Positions 40,696-49,550 of a stretch of DNA of 64,000 nt are shown piece after piece. The notes under the pieces were generated by a model. That model had not been told where the DNA came from, did no database searches, and saw only the letters and a list, made by a program, of their open reading frames with translations. Each line of letters opens with the position of its first letter. The stretch's first letter is position 1. This DNA is from an uncultured Bacilli bacterium (GTDB taxonomy: Bacteria; Bacillota_I; Bacilli_A; RF39; UBA660), in contig CAKOQM010000001.1 in NCBI GenBank assembly GCA_934101275.1, positions 5,371 through 69,370 of the forward strand, in the 5' to 3' direction. Made by a program: the position numbers and the translations under genes.

Positions 40696-41421
40696 TCAAC
40701 GTTTACTATCATAAATATCAACACCTTTACTTTCAATTTTTAAATTTTTGTTTTCAATAACTTTATAAGTATCATACCTTTTAAACGACAAAGGATTTTT
40801 AAAGTATCTAAATACCCTTTTGACGGTACCTTTTAAATTCGTTCCAGTACTCTCTTCACCGTCAATACTATTTCGGTCGATAAGACTATTTTTTTGTAAA
40901 AAACCAAATAGCTTTTTTTCACAATAAATTACAACATCAAATTGCTCACGTAACTGTTTGGCCATCCGGCCAAACACTTGACTCGTAGCAACAATATGAA
41001 TACGTTGTTTACGTTGTTGAGCTATTTGAGTCATAACATCCATATCAATATTTTTGCTACCTAATGAATTAAAATAAAGTTGAATCTCATCGATTAAAAA
41101 GATAACTCCTTGTTTACCATTTTTATACTTTGTTAAATCCTTTGCTTCTTGAAATAAAAATACTCGTTCATTATCAAAAGGATAATCTGTTAGTTCTAAA
41201 TTCGTAACAATTTTACAATTAGGATACAACTTTAACAATTTATATACATAATTTACAGCTGATAAAGTTTTACCAGAACCTTGAGGCCCACAAAAAATAC
41301 AAAGGCCATCAGGTCGAAAGTAATCAGGATTTTCTCTATAAAAATCACGTTGATACTTAAGTTGTTTAAAAATATTTAAAGGCCCTAGCTTTTCTTTTAA
41401 AGCATAAGCACTAACCGCCAT
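40696..41421 (-). CDS. Zot-like (pI-type) filamentous-phage assembly ATPase
   Basis: 241 aa; Walker A 'GPQGSGKTLSAV', Walker B 'IFLIDEIQLYF'; RBS AGGTGA. Confidence 0.7.
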   Translation of the reverse strand: MAVSAYALKEKLGPLNIFKQLKYQRDFYRENPDYFRPDGLCIFCGPQGSGKTLSAVNYVYKLLKLYPNCKIVTNLELTDYPFDNERVFLFQEAKDLTKYKNGKQGVIFLIDEIQLYFNSLGSKNIDMDVMTQIAQQRKQRIHIVATSQVFGRMAKQLREQFDVVIYCEKKLFGFLQKNSLIDRNSIDGEESTGTNLKGTVKRVFRYFKNPLSFKRYDTYKVIENKNLKIESKGVDIYDSKR

Positions 41422-41429
41422 AAAATCAC

Positions 41430-41531
41430 CTACTTATTTTTATGAAAAATTTTATTCCAAGCCCAATTAAAAAACTTGTATATTAAAAATACTAAAAAGA
41501 AACTTAACAGGCTACTCATAACATCATTCAT
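41430..41531 (-). CDS. Phage small membrane protein (33 aa; pVII/pIX-like minor coat candidate)
   Basis: MNDVMSSLLSFFLVFLIYKFFNWAWNKIFHKNK; ATGAATGA overlap with the upstream ORF; not in the ORF track. Confidence 0.35.
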   Translation of the reverse strand: MNDVMSSLLSFFLVFLIYKFFNWAWNKIFHKNK

Positions 41532-41727
41532 CTTTTTGCTCCTCTCTTTTCTCATCAATTTTTTTACTTAAATTTTTAAGCAATGCTTTTCTTTCTGGTT
41601 TACTTAATTTATTAAATTTATGTAGCAAAACATATAAATACTCTAATTGGTCTAAAGTTAAATTATCTAAATTATTCATAATCACTAAATTTTTAGAAAA
41701 AAAGGAATGATAAAACACGCATATCAC
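41524..41727 (-). CDS. Phage hypothetical protein
   Basis: 67 aa; charged C-terminus. Confidence 0.35.
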   Translation of the reverse strand: MICVFYHSFFSKNLVIMNNLDNLTLDQLEYLYVLLHKFNKLSKPERKALLKNLSKKIDEKREEQKDE

Positions 41728-41745
41728 TCCTAATTTTCCAACGTA

Positions 41746-41961
41746 TTATAAACGAATACGTCCAGCCGCAACAGCGCTTGTGAAAGCATTAACAGCTTTA
41801 CGAACTCCTAACCAAAGTAAGAAGAAGCCCATACCTACACCAACAACAGAAGCTAAAACATTTAAAACTTGAGCTGTAGTAATAGAACTTGTTAGCGCTG
41901 TAATGAAAGCAGTAAAATCAATCGTTGTAGGTTGAGTTTCTTGAGATGCTTCCATAGACAA
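41746..41961 (-). CDS. Major coat protein candidate (pVIII-like)
   Basis: 71 aa; acidic N-terminus, single TM 'VVGVGMGFFLLWLGV', basic C-terminus 'RKAVNAF...GRIRL'; RBS GGAGG. Confidence 0.55.
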   Translation of the reverse strand: MSMEASQETQPTTIDFTAFITALTSSITTAQVLNVLASVVGVGMGFFLLWLGVRKAVNAFTSAVAAGRIRL

Positions 41962-42138
41962 ACCTCCTTTTCATTCTTTTTGTCCTTTTTTATAAAAAAG
42001 GAGCGTCTTACTAAAAGCGGTCAAACAGTAAGACAACAGTTTATAAGCTGCTGGTTTTTAATTTTAAGTATATTAGAATAAAGAGTTTATAAGATAAAAA
42101 TATATATAAATTTTTACTTAAAATCACCGCAAATTTTT

Positions 42139-42408
42139 TTAATATCGTTTATTTTTATTTTTTTCAACATAAATATAAACAACTTTACGACCAAAATGTT
42201 TTTTGAACCACAAACGAATACTTCGAAAAAAATATTTAATCTTAGTTTTTAAATTTCTAGAGGGTTTAAGATTGTAATAGCCTATATATTCTTCACCAAA
42301 ACCATTATAGCTACCAATTTTCAAAGGTATTGAATCTTTATAAGGTTCATAACCAAATCTACATCTATAACAATCATGATTGTAACTATAATAAATTAAT
42401 AATCGCAT
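42139..42408 (-). CDS. Phage hypothetical protein
   Basis: 89 aa, basic, Tyr-rich. Confidence 0.35.
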   Translation of the reverse strand: MRLLIYYSYNHDCYRCRFGYEPYKDSIPLKIGSYNGFGEEYIGYYNLKPSRNLKTKIKYFFRSIRLWFKKHFGRKVVYIYVEKNKNKRY

Positions 42409-42682
42409 TGTTATACTTAATACCAGTAATTTTAGTCTTTGGCTTCATTGGATTCATAGGATTTTCAACGGTTTCAACCATTAAAGTACATTCCTTGTTT
42501 ACCATTTTTTCATCAAGCTTATCAAAAGCAGTAATCGGCAAAAATGCATAAAGTACAATGTATCCTTTTACCTTTTCAGATTTACAAGGCTTATCGGTTG
42601 CAATATAATCGATTCTTGTATAAGGTTCTTTACCTTTCGGACAACATTTTGTTATCGTTGTCAAATTAACTTTTAATTCCAT
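42386..42682 (-). CDS. Phage hypothetical protein (ssDNA-binding gV-like candidate by position and size)
   Basis: 98 aa; assignment is by context only. Confidence 0.3.
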   Translation of the reverse strand: MELKVNLTTITKCCPKGKEPYTRIDYIATDKPCKSEKVKGYIVLYAFLPITAFDKLDEKMVNKECTLMVETVENPMNPMKPKTKITGIKYNNAIINLL

Positions 42683-42738
42683 TTTTTACGCTCCTTTTCT
42701 ATCTTTTGTTTTATGGCACAAAAGCTAAAGCCAAGAAA

Positions 42739-42954
42739 TTACCAGAAACCTCTATTAGGCGAATAAACAACATTATTTACATAAACATTCTCTAAATGAA
42801 GTTGATTCAAAAGAATATTGAAAAATTTTAAAGCTTGTTCTTTTGTTTTAAAATGAAAAGTTGCGAATGATAAATTACCGTCTAAAAAATGAATTTTAAT
42901 AAACCTATCATCTAGCTCCAAAATGTGTAAATAATTATCATTTATAAAATACAT
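42739..42954 (-). CDS. Phage hypothetical protein
   Basis: 71 aa. Confidence 0.35.
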   Translation of the reverse strand: MYFINDNYLHILELDDRFIKIHFLDGNLSFATFHFKTKEQALKFFNILLNQLHLENVYVNNVVYSPNRGFW

Positions 42955-43442
42955 ACGTCTTTTTTTACAAGATTAATTGACTTATTTAAAACATCACGAC
43001 ACAGGTTTACAGCTTCGGTTTTATCACAAAAAGAAAATTCAATTTCATCTAAACCAGAAGAATCATTAAAGCCTAATTTGATAATATACAAGCCTAAAGC
43101 GTCTTTATAAGCTTTAATAAATTTCACTTTTAAATAATCAATAGTAAATTCCATATCCTCAACTACTTCCTCAACTTCCTCATCAGTCATACATAAAAAC
43201 TTTTTAATAATATATCTTACATCCGAATATGATTTACAAGTACCGTCATATAAATAAATGTAGCCCTCTTCACCAGTTAAAATATCAAAAGCTTTTGCCA
43301 TTTCGGAATCGGAATCACAAAAGTAAACACAATAAGCATTTATAAAGTTTTCATATGTTAAGTCAATGTCGTTTTCTTTCATATAATCGTTAACTTTTCT
43401 CATATTCATCATTTCATAAACAATATTAATCATCTTTATCAC
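42942..43442 (-). CDS. Phage hypothetical protein (acidic)
   Basis: 166 aa; first gene of the minus-strand module, divergent from the XRE repressor. Confidence 0.45.
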   Translation of the reverse strand: MIKMINIVYEMMNMRKVNDYMKENDIDLTYENFINAYCVYFCDSDSEMAKAFDILTGEEGYIYLYDGTCKSYSDVRYIIKKFLCMTDEEVEEVVEDMEFTIDYLKVKFIKAYKDALGLYIIKLGFNDSSGLDEIEFSFCDKTEAVNLCRDVLNKSINLVKKDVCIL

Positions 43443-43547
43443 TCCTTTTATATACGTTTAACGCATTTATATATCAATTATATACGTGTGACGTTTACTT
43501 GTCAATACGCAATAAGTATATTTTGTAAAATAACTTTGGTGAGGAAA

Positions 43548-43781
43548 ATGAATATAAATAGATTGAAAGAAATAAGAGAAGATAAAGATTATAAACAAAG
43601 TGAGGTTGCAAAAATTCTAAATGTAACACAAGCACAATATAGCAGATATGAAACAGGTGAAAACACAATTCCACTTGACAAAATATATAAACTAGCAGAA
43701 TTTTACAAAACATCAATAGATTATCTAGTTTATAGAACAGATGAAAGAAATCCTTATCCAAAAAGTATAATGAAAAATTGA
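43548..43781 (+). CDS. XRE-family HTH repressor (phage cI/Cro-like)
   Basis: 'MNINRLKEIREDKDYKQSEVAKILNVTQAQYSRYETGENTIPLDKIYKLAEFYKTSIDYLV'; ATG at 43548 behind RBS GGTGAGGAAA. Confidence 0.75.
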   Translation: MNINRLKEIREDKDYKQSEVAKILNVTQAQYSRYETGENTIPLDKIYKLAEFYKTSIDYLVYRTDERNPYPKSIMKN

Positions 43782-43792
43782 AAGAGGAAAAA

Positions 43793-43945
43793 ATGAACAA
43801 TCAAAGTTTAGAAGAAATTAATCAAAGTTTAAAAACAATAAAAGATATTATTGTTGAAGAATATAAAAGAAAAAAAAGTATCGAAATGTTAAAAATTGCT
43901 ATAGCCCTTCTTATATTTGCTATTATCTACATTAGATACTCATAA
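43793..43945 (+). CDS. Small membrane protein (50 aa)
   Basis: MNNQSLEEINQSLKTIKDIIVEEYKRKKSIEMLKIAIALLIFAIIYIRYS; RBS AAGAGGAAAA; hairpin aagattgc/gcaatctt just downstream (43949-43977). Confidence 0.45.
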   Translation: MNNQSLEEINQSLKTIKDIIVEEYKRKKSIEMLKIAIALLIFAIIYIRYS

Positions 43946-44022
43946 AAAAAGATTGCCTAAAACCAATTTGCAATCTTAAAATAAAGGACTTATTTTTCAA
44001 GCATCAATAGGAGGTGACAACA

Positions 44023-44115
44023 TTGAAAAATACAATTAATTCAAAAAAACACAAAATTTTAACAATATGTATAATTCTATTCTTTGTTTTATTAGCAATT
44101 TCAACATTAAAATAA
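44023..44115 (+). CDS. Small hydrophobic peptide (30 aa), putative
   Basis: TTG start behind a strong RBS AGGAGGTGA; MKNTINSKKHKILTICIILFFVLLAISTLK. Confidence 0.3.
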   Translation: MKNTINSKKHKILTICIILFFVLLAISTLK

Positions 44116-44189
44116 AACATCGATAATTAATTAAGCCCTTTACGATACCTAAATTACATTTTTATAATAAATTAAGTATCGCAAAAGGT

Positions 44190-44366
44190 TTATTTTTTTA
44201 ACCTTTTGTACAACTTACAACCCATATTACTAATCATTCTTAATAAAATCAATATTGCAACAAGAAGAATAAATCCAATTATATATTCAAAATCATTAGT
44301 AATAAAATAAAAAATAAATGAATCAATAAAAATAATTAAGCATAACAGAATTTCATAATTATTCAT
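44190..44366 (-). CDS. Small membrane protein (58 aa), putative
   Basis: MNNYEILLCLIIFIDSFIFYFITNDFEYIIGFILLVAILILLRMISNMGCKLYKRLKK; RBS AAGGGG; hairpin aaaaggtt/aaccttttt at 44183-44207 overlaps the stop. Confidence 0.35.
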   Translation of the reverse strand: MNNYEILLCLIIFIDSFIFYFITNDFEYIIGFILLVAILILLRMISNMGCKLYKRLKK

Positions 44367-44393
44367 AAAGTAACCCCTTTACACATTTTGATA

Positions 44394-44421
44394 TTTTCAT
44401 AACGTAAATATTATGTTAACC
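44394..44421 (+). repeat. dif-like site, second copy (attR of the prophage)
   Basis: TTTTCATAACG-TAAATA-TTATGTTAACC; shares the 17-mer a[t/a]atattatgttaaccg with 36514-36530. Confidence 0.55.
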
Positions 44422-44459
44422 GCAATAGTTTAAATTATTATTTATAAGATACTCTTTGT

Positions 44460-45209
44460 TTATAATAAACGATTTAAAAATAAAATTAGAATTCCGACAA
44501 AACTACCTAATAATAAAAACGTCTCTTGATGATACGATAAAGCTTTGGGAAGTAATTCTTCAATAGCTAACGTTATCATAATACCACCAACAAAAAGCAA
44601 AATTATACCAATTAATTCTGGTGAAAGAAATGGTTTTAAAAACAAGCAGGCAATAATCGCTCCAACTGGTTCGGCTATACCAGATAAAAAAGTCATTCCT
44701 ATAGCTTTTCTTTTGTTTTGTGTGGCATAATAAATAGGAACCGCTATACTAATTCCTTCGGGAATATTATGAAGCATAATAGCTATACTGATATGTAATC
44801 CGAGAGAAAAATTTTGATAACTGCTCAAAAAGGTTAAGATGCCTTCTGGCAAGTTATGGAGCATAAGAGTGAGCATACTTAAAATACCTAATCGATATAA
44901 AGAACTATCCCCTCTTCCCTTCTCTATTTTTTGGTTTATAAAACGAATCGTAAAGATAGAAAAAAGAAAAATAAATAAAGACAACAAGATACCTTTAACT
45001 AATTTAAATTTTGTTAGAATAATATAACTAGCTTCAGGTATCAATTCTAAAATCGAAATACCAATCATTATCGTTAAAGAAAGGCTTAAACAGAAAGTAA
45101 TAAATTTATTAATACTTTTATGTGACCATTTCAAAAAAATAACGAAAGATCCCAAAACAGTTGATAGACCAGCCATGGTAGATAAAATAAAAGGAATAAA
45201 AAAAGACAT
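44460..45209 (-). CDS. zupT: ZIP-family divalent metal transporter (ZupT-like)
   Basis: 249 aa, 8 TM; 'HNLPEGI' and 'HNIPEGISIAVPI' signatures. Confidence 0.8.
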   Translation of the reverse strand: MSFFIPFILSTMAGLSTVLGSFVIFLKWSHKSINKFITFCLSLSLTIMIGISILELIPEASYIILTKFKLVKGILLSLFIFLFSIFTIRFINQKIEKGRGDSSLYRLGILSMLTLMLHNLPEGILTFLSSYQNFSLGLHISIAIMLHNIPEGISIAVPIYYATQNKRKAIGMTFLSGIAEPVGAIIACLFLKPFLSPELIGIILLFVGGIMITLAIEELLPKALSYHQETFLLLGSFVGILILFLNRLL

Positions 45210-45233
45210 AGTATCACCTATTTCATACTATGC

Positions 45234-46259
45234 TTAAAATTTCTTTTTAGAAAGACTATTTTTTCTTTTTAAATACTCATCAAAATTTAAAATTCCTAAC
45301 CGTAAGAGATCTTCTAAAGACGAATTATAAATATCATTGGTATCCATTTCTTTCATGACTGCCTCTACTCCACCGCGATCAAAAATTTCTTCCATTAAAG
45401 AATTGTCGAAGCTTTGCATTTTTATCTTTTGCTCTAGATAGTAATCTTCCATACTCATATGTGTTTTAAATTCGTCTTGTGACATAAGATTAGGCGCAGC
45501 TGGTATGCGAGCTAATCTTCTTTTGGCTTCTAAAATAGAAATCGTTCCTGGTGTATTTTCAAGTCCAAATAAAAACTTAGGATAATAGTATTCCATTCTA
45601 CTTTGAATTTGATTTATATTTAAAGGATTTTTATGTAAGTAGTTTAAATACTCTACAACAAGGCCTCTTAATTTTTTATAGGATAATAGATCTTCTAAAA
45701 TAAGATTATTTTTAAAAGGCTTATAGTCAATAAGACGTCCTAAAATTCTTTTATCTAAAACGGCACAATTTTCATAATTAAAGTAGTTAAAGGAAGCGTT
45801 ATTACTCACAATGTTGTTAATAATGCGAAAGACATATTCTCTAAAGAAAGGCGTATCTTCTAGATTTAATTTTCTTGTTTTTATATGGACGACGTTGTTA
45901 TATCTTTCTTGAGCCAATTTAGCAAGACCACTATAAATTTTAGCTTTCAAATCGGTTAAATTATCAGGAAGAGAATAATTATATATTAACTCATAAGTAT
46001 GAAAATTGAAAAAATCCTTTTTACTATTGGTAACTCTTAAAATATAAAAATCTGTTTTTTCATCAATCACATATAACGAGTTGGCGTGTTTAATAAGTTT
46101 CAAGAATTCTTCCTTAGAATAATGCATGGTAAATAAATCAATTAGAGAAATATCTTTAAATTGTTCTTGTAACATTAGACTTTGTGAAAAATCAGGCATT
46201 TTAAGAACACACGCTCTTCCGTGATTGGCACCTATTAAATAATAATAGCTTCTTTTCAT
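45234..46259 (-). CDS. Hypothetical protein
   Basis: 341 aa; no recognisable motif. Confidence 0.5.
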   Translation of the reverse strand: MKRSYYYLIGANHGRACVLKMPDFSQSLMLQEQFKDISLIDLFTMHYSKEEFLKLIKHANSLYVIDEKTDFYILRVTNSKKDFFNFHTYELIYNYSLPDNLTDLKAKIYSGLAKLAQERYNNVVHIKTRKLNLEDTPFFREYVFRIINNIVSNNASFNYFNYENCAVLDKRILGRLIDYKPFKNNLILEDLLSYKKLRGLVVEYLNYLHKNPLNINQIQSRMEYYYPKFLFGLENTPGTISILEAKRRLARIPAAPNLMSQDEFKTHMSMEDYYLEQKIKMQSFDNSLMEEIFDRGGVEAVMKEMDTNDIYNSSLEDLLRLGILNFDEYLKRKNSLSKKKF

Positions 46260-46391
46260 AGACTTACCCTCATTTCTATAAATATTTTAACGAAAAACAC
46301 TTATTTTCACAAGATTATTTTGCCAATATTTGTTATTTAATTCATGTATCTTTTTTTCTGTTTGGTTCATAATACTAGTGGGAGGTAAAAA

Positions 46392-46487
46392 ATGAAAAAA
46401 AATCAAAAAAATAATTCTAGAAAACAAGAACGTAAAAATCAAAATCAAAAACGTGAATCTAGAAATCAAGAAAAATCTTGTGATTAA
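46392..46487 (+). CDS. Small highly basic protein (31 aa), putative
   Basis: MKKNQKNNSRKQERKNQNQKRESRNQEKSCD; strong RBS GGGAGGT 7 nt upstream; followed by a perfect hairpin terminator; not in the ORF track. Confidence 0.4.
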   Translation: MKKNQKNNSRKQERKNQNQKRESRNQEKSCD

Positions 46488-46493
46488 TACAAT

Positions 46494-46527
46494 AAGGAAG
46501 AATGATGTCGTTTCTTCCTTATTTTTT
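46494..46527. terminator. Bidirectional rho-independent terminator (small basic ORF / xerD)
   Basis: aaggaagaa-N9-ttcttcctt then ATTTTTT. Confidence 0.65.
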
Positions 46528-47394
46528 GGCATGAGGATGAAATTCGTTATATTCATCCTTGTTTTTTTGATTTGTCACATGTGTATAAATTTCTGTTGTT
46601 GAGATATTGCTATGGCCAAGAAATGTTTGAATCGTTCGTAGGCTTGCGCCATTTAAAAGTAAATGTGTTGCAAAAGAATGACGAAGCATATGAGGATTTA
46701 CCTTTCTATCAATTGTTTGTAAGGATATTTCATTTAAAATTTTATTCATTCCTTGTCTTGTTATTGGTGTTCCTCGATTGTTTAAAAAAAGTTCATCATA
46801 TACTTTACCTTTTTTGACAAGTTGACTTCGATATACATTTAAATACAATTTTAAATACTTTAGGGAAGTTTCATTTAGATAAACCACTCTTTCTTTAGAA
46901 CCCTTTCCTTCTACGACTACCCATTCCTGTTCAAAATCAATATTTTTAAGTTTCAGTGAAACTAATTCACTAATTCTTAAACCTGTTGCATAAAGGATTT
47001 CTAACATTGCCTTAGTACGATAATCAAAAATCGTTTTTAAAGGAAAAGAAAGTAATTTATCAACTTCTTCATAGGAAAGATAATTAGGTAAATGCTCCCC
47101 TATTTTAGGAAAGAAAATGGTAGAACAAGGGTTAATTGCCTCTTCTTTTCCTTCGTTTAAAAAATCATAAAACCCATTTAATGTAGATAGATAATGAGAT
47201 CGTGTTCTTTCGTTTTGTCCACGGCTTTGTAAAAAGGAAAGAAGATCGTCTTTTGTTAAATCTAAAGCGGACTTTCTATCTTTAAAAAAAATTTTTAATT
47301 GATTTAAATCATTTTCATAAGAAAGTAATGTATTTTCACTTAACTTTTTTTCAAATTTTATATATTCTTTATATCTTGTTATTTCTTGTTTCAT
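46519..47394 (-). CDS. xerD: Tyrosine recombinase, XerD/XerC-like
   Basis: 291 aa; C-terminal catalytic 'LRHSFATHLLLNGASLRTIQTFLGHSNISTTEIYTHV'; about 2.1 kb from the dif-like site at 44394. Confidence 0.75.
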   Translation of the reverse strand: MKQEITRYKEYIKFEKKLSENTLLSYENDLNQLKIFFKDRKSALDLTKDDLLSFLQSRGQNERTRSHYLSTLNGFYDFLNEGKEEAINPCSTIFFPKIGEHLPNYLSYEEVDKLLSFPLKTIFDYRTKAMLEILYATGLRISELVSLKLKNIDFEQEWVVVEGKGSKERVVYLNETSLKYLKLYLNVYRSQLVKKGKVYDELFLNNRGTPITRQGMNKILNEISLQTIDRKVNPHMLRHSFATHLLLNGASLRTIQTFLGHSNISTTEIYTHVTNQKNKDEYNEFHPHAKK

Positions 47395-47464
47395 ATTATC
47401 ACAAGATAAGTATAAAGGCTTTTCAAAATCTTGTCAAACTGATATACTAAGTACAGGTGATAAC

Positions 47465-48661
47465 ATGCAAATATTAGCAAATGAAATGCGTCCAAACACG
47501 TTAAGTGAAGTTATTGGTCAAACGCATCTTATTGGTAAAAATAAAATTATAACAAACCTAGTTGAACAAAAGCATTTGTGCTCTATGATCTTATATGGTC
47601 GTCCAGGAACAGGTAAAACATCTATTGCTAACGCGATTGTTCATGATTTAAAAAAGCCTTATAAATTTTTGAATGCAACCATGAATAATAAAAGTGATTT
47701 TGACATTGCCATTGAGGAAGCAAAAATGTATGGGGATTTCATCCTTATTGTTGATGAAATTCATCGTATGAATAAAGATAAACAAGATATCTTACTTCCT
47801 CATATTGAATCAGGTTTAATCACTTTAATTGGCCTTACGACATCGAATCCTTATCATAAAATAAATCCAGCGATACGAAGCCGTGTTCAAATTTTTGAAC
47901 TTCATGACTTATCGATAGAGGATATTATGGTTGGTCTTAAAAGAGCAGTTCAAAAGTTAGACGGTTGTGTTATTTTAGATGACGCGATTAATTATGTTGC
48001 TACTTATTCAAGTGGAGATGTAAGAAGTGCTTTAAATCTATTAGAAACAGCCTATTATGCTTCAAAAAATCATGAAATCACTTTAGAACTTTTAAAAAAT
48101 ATTCAAAGTAAACCTGTTTTTTTTCATGATAAAAATGAAGATGGACATTACGATGTTTTATCGGCCTTTCAAAAATCTATTCGCGGGAGTGATGTCGATG
48201 CGGCTCTGCATTATTTAGCTCGTTTGATAGAAGCAGGAGATCTCGATAGCATTTATAGAAGAATGAGCGTGATTGCCTATGAAGATATTGGTCTTGCCAA
48301 TCCTTCTATAGGTCCAAAAGTAATGGCTGCGATAAGTGCTGCAGAGCTTGTGGGATTACCTGAAGCACGTATTCCTCTTGGTACGATCGTTACAGAAATG
48401 GCTTTATCACCTAAATCAAATTCAGCACATGTAGCTTTAGATGAAGCCTTAAATGACATTAGAAGAGGTTCTACAGGTAATGTTCCAGACAATATAAAAA
48501 CGTCTAGTCAAACTTATTTATATCCTCATAACTATAAAAATGCTTACGTAAAACAAAATTATATGCCTGAGAATTTAAAAGGTAAAAAATATTATCATCC
48601 ACGTGATAATAAATATGAAAATAATCTTAATAAACTATGGCATGAGATGAGGGGTGAATAA
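47465..48661 (+). CDS. rarA: Recombination factor RarA (MgsA) AAA+ ATPase
   Basis: 398 aa; Walker A 'YGRPGTGKTS', Walker B 'ILIVDEIHR'. Confidence 0.85.
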   Translation: MQILANEMRPNTLSEVIGQTHLIGKNKIITNLVEQKHLCSMILYGRPGTGKTSIANAIVHDLKKPYKFLNATMNNKSDFDIAIEEAKMYGDFILIVDEIHRMNKDKQDILLPHIESGLITLIGLTTSNPYHKINPAIRSRVQIFELHDLSIEDIMVGLKRAVQKLDGCVILDDAINYVATYSSGDVRSALNLLETAYYASKNHEITLELLKNIQSKPVFFHDKNEDGHYDVLSAFQKSIRGSDVDAALHYLARLIEAGDLDSIYRRMSVIAYEDIGLANPSIGPKVMAAISAAELVGLPEARIPLGTIVTEMALSPKSNSAHVALDEALNDIRRGSTGNVPDNIKTSSQTYLYPHNYKNAYVKQNYMPENLKGKKYYHPRDNKYENNLNKLWHEMRGE

Positions 48662-48662
48662 T

Positions 48663-49550
48663 ATGAATAAAATTGCTCTTTTAGGAAGTGGAGCGTTTGC
48701 CCTTTCTTTTTTAGAAGTATTAGATAAAAAAGATAATGCTTTGACTTTATGGAGTCCCGATAAAAATTTCAAAAAGAAGTTAAAAAATGCCACTTTGACA
48801 TACGATTTATTAGAATCTGTAAAAGATAAGGACTATATTTTTATTTTAGTAAGTTCAAAATATCTAGGTTCTTTATTAAACACTCTTTTAAAATTAGATC
48901 TTACAGAAAAAGTCCTATTTATCGGTACAAAAGGACTCCTACAAGAAGACCCTTATTATTTAAGTGACTTTTTAGAAAAACATTCTTTAATCTATACTAT
49001 TTTTGGTGGACCCAATTTAGCTAGTGAGCTATTAAAAAAATCGCCAACAACAATAAGTTTTTCTTCTAATTATATGGAAAGTCAAAAAATAGTTAAAAAT
49101 ATTTTTCCTAACTGGATCCAACCTTTATATGTCAAAAATCCACATCATCTTGAACTGTGTAATGTTCTTAAAAATATATATGCTATTGGTTCTGGCATGC
49201 TTTATTCTTACTATCCCTTTTTAAACACCCATTTTTCATATATAAACAAAGTGATTTTAGAGCTTCAAAATCTTTTAAAAGAAGATATCTACCCTTTTTT
49301 AGGGGATGTTTTACTTACCTCTTCTATGAAAGATTCTAGAAATTATACATATGGTCTTTTATTTTCAAACAAGAAAAAGAAAGATAAATTTTTAAAAAAC
49401 AACACGGTGGAAGGTTTAGAAAACTTAGAATATGTTAAAAAGATTTTAGAAAAAGAAGGTCTTTGTGCTCCAATATTTTTAAGTATCTACGAAAGTATTA
49501 AAGAAGATAATATTTCTCCTAAATTAAAAGAAGTTATTTTTGGGTCATAA
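48663..49550 (+). CDS. NAD(P)-dependent glycerol-3-phosphate dehydrogenase (GpsA)-like protein, divergent
   Basis: Rossmann N-terminus 'KIALLGSGAFALSF'; 'VLKNIYAIGSGM' resembles the GpsA 'ALKNVIAIGAG' motif; ATG at 48663 behind RBS AGGGGTGA. Confidence 0.5.
   Translation: MNKIALLGSGAFALSFLEVLDKKDNALTLWSPDKNFKKKLKNATLTYDLLESVKDKDYIFILVSSKYLGSLLNTLLKLDLTEKVLFIGTKGLLQEDPYYLSDFLEKHSLIYTIFGGPNLASELLKKSPTTISFSSNYMESQKIVKNIFPNWIQPLYVKNPHHLELCNVLKNIYAIGSGMLYSYYPFLNTHFSYINKVILELQNLLKEDIYPFLGDVLLTSSMKDSRNYTYGLLFSNKKKKDKFLKNNTVEGLENLEYVKKILEKEGLCAPIFLSIYESIKEDNISPKLKEVIFGS

Larger units (their letters stand above)
36502..44422 (-). mobile_element. Integrated filamentous-phage (inovirus-like) prophage, ~7.9 kb, at a dif-like site
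   Basis: Compact minus-strand module: HUH Rep, hairpin-rich IG region, Zot-like ATPase, 71-aa pVIII-like coat, small membrane proteins, large signal-peptide proteins; divergent XRE repressor; flanked by dif-like direct repeats at 36502-36529 and 44394-44421. Confidence 0.75.

Noticed and set aside
43949-43977. Hairpin aagattgc/gcaatctt considered as a plus-strand terminator for the 50-aa ORF
   Set aside because: There is no T-run on the plus side (the A-run precedes it), so it would only work as a minus-strand terminator or an RNA stability element. It is left as a plain hairpin.
46287-46556. 89-aa minus-strand ORF between the xerD-like gene and the 341-aa hypothetical gene
   Set aside because: It overlaps the terminator hairpin and the better-supported plus-strand 31-aa basic ORF, and has no RBS.
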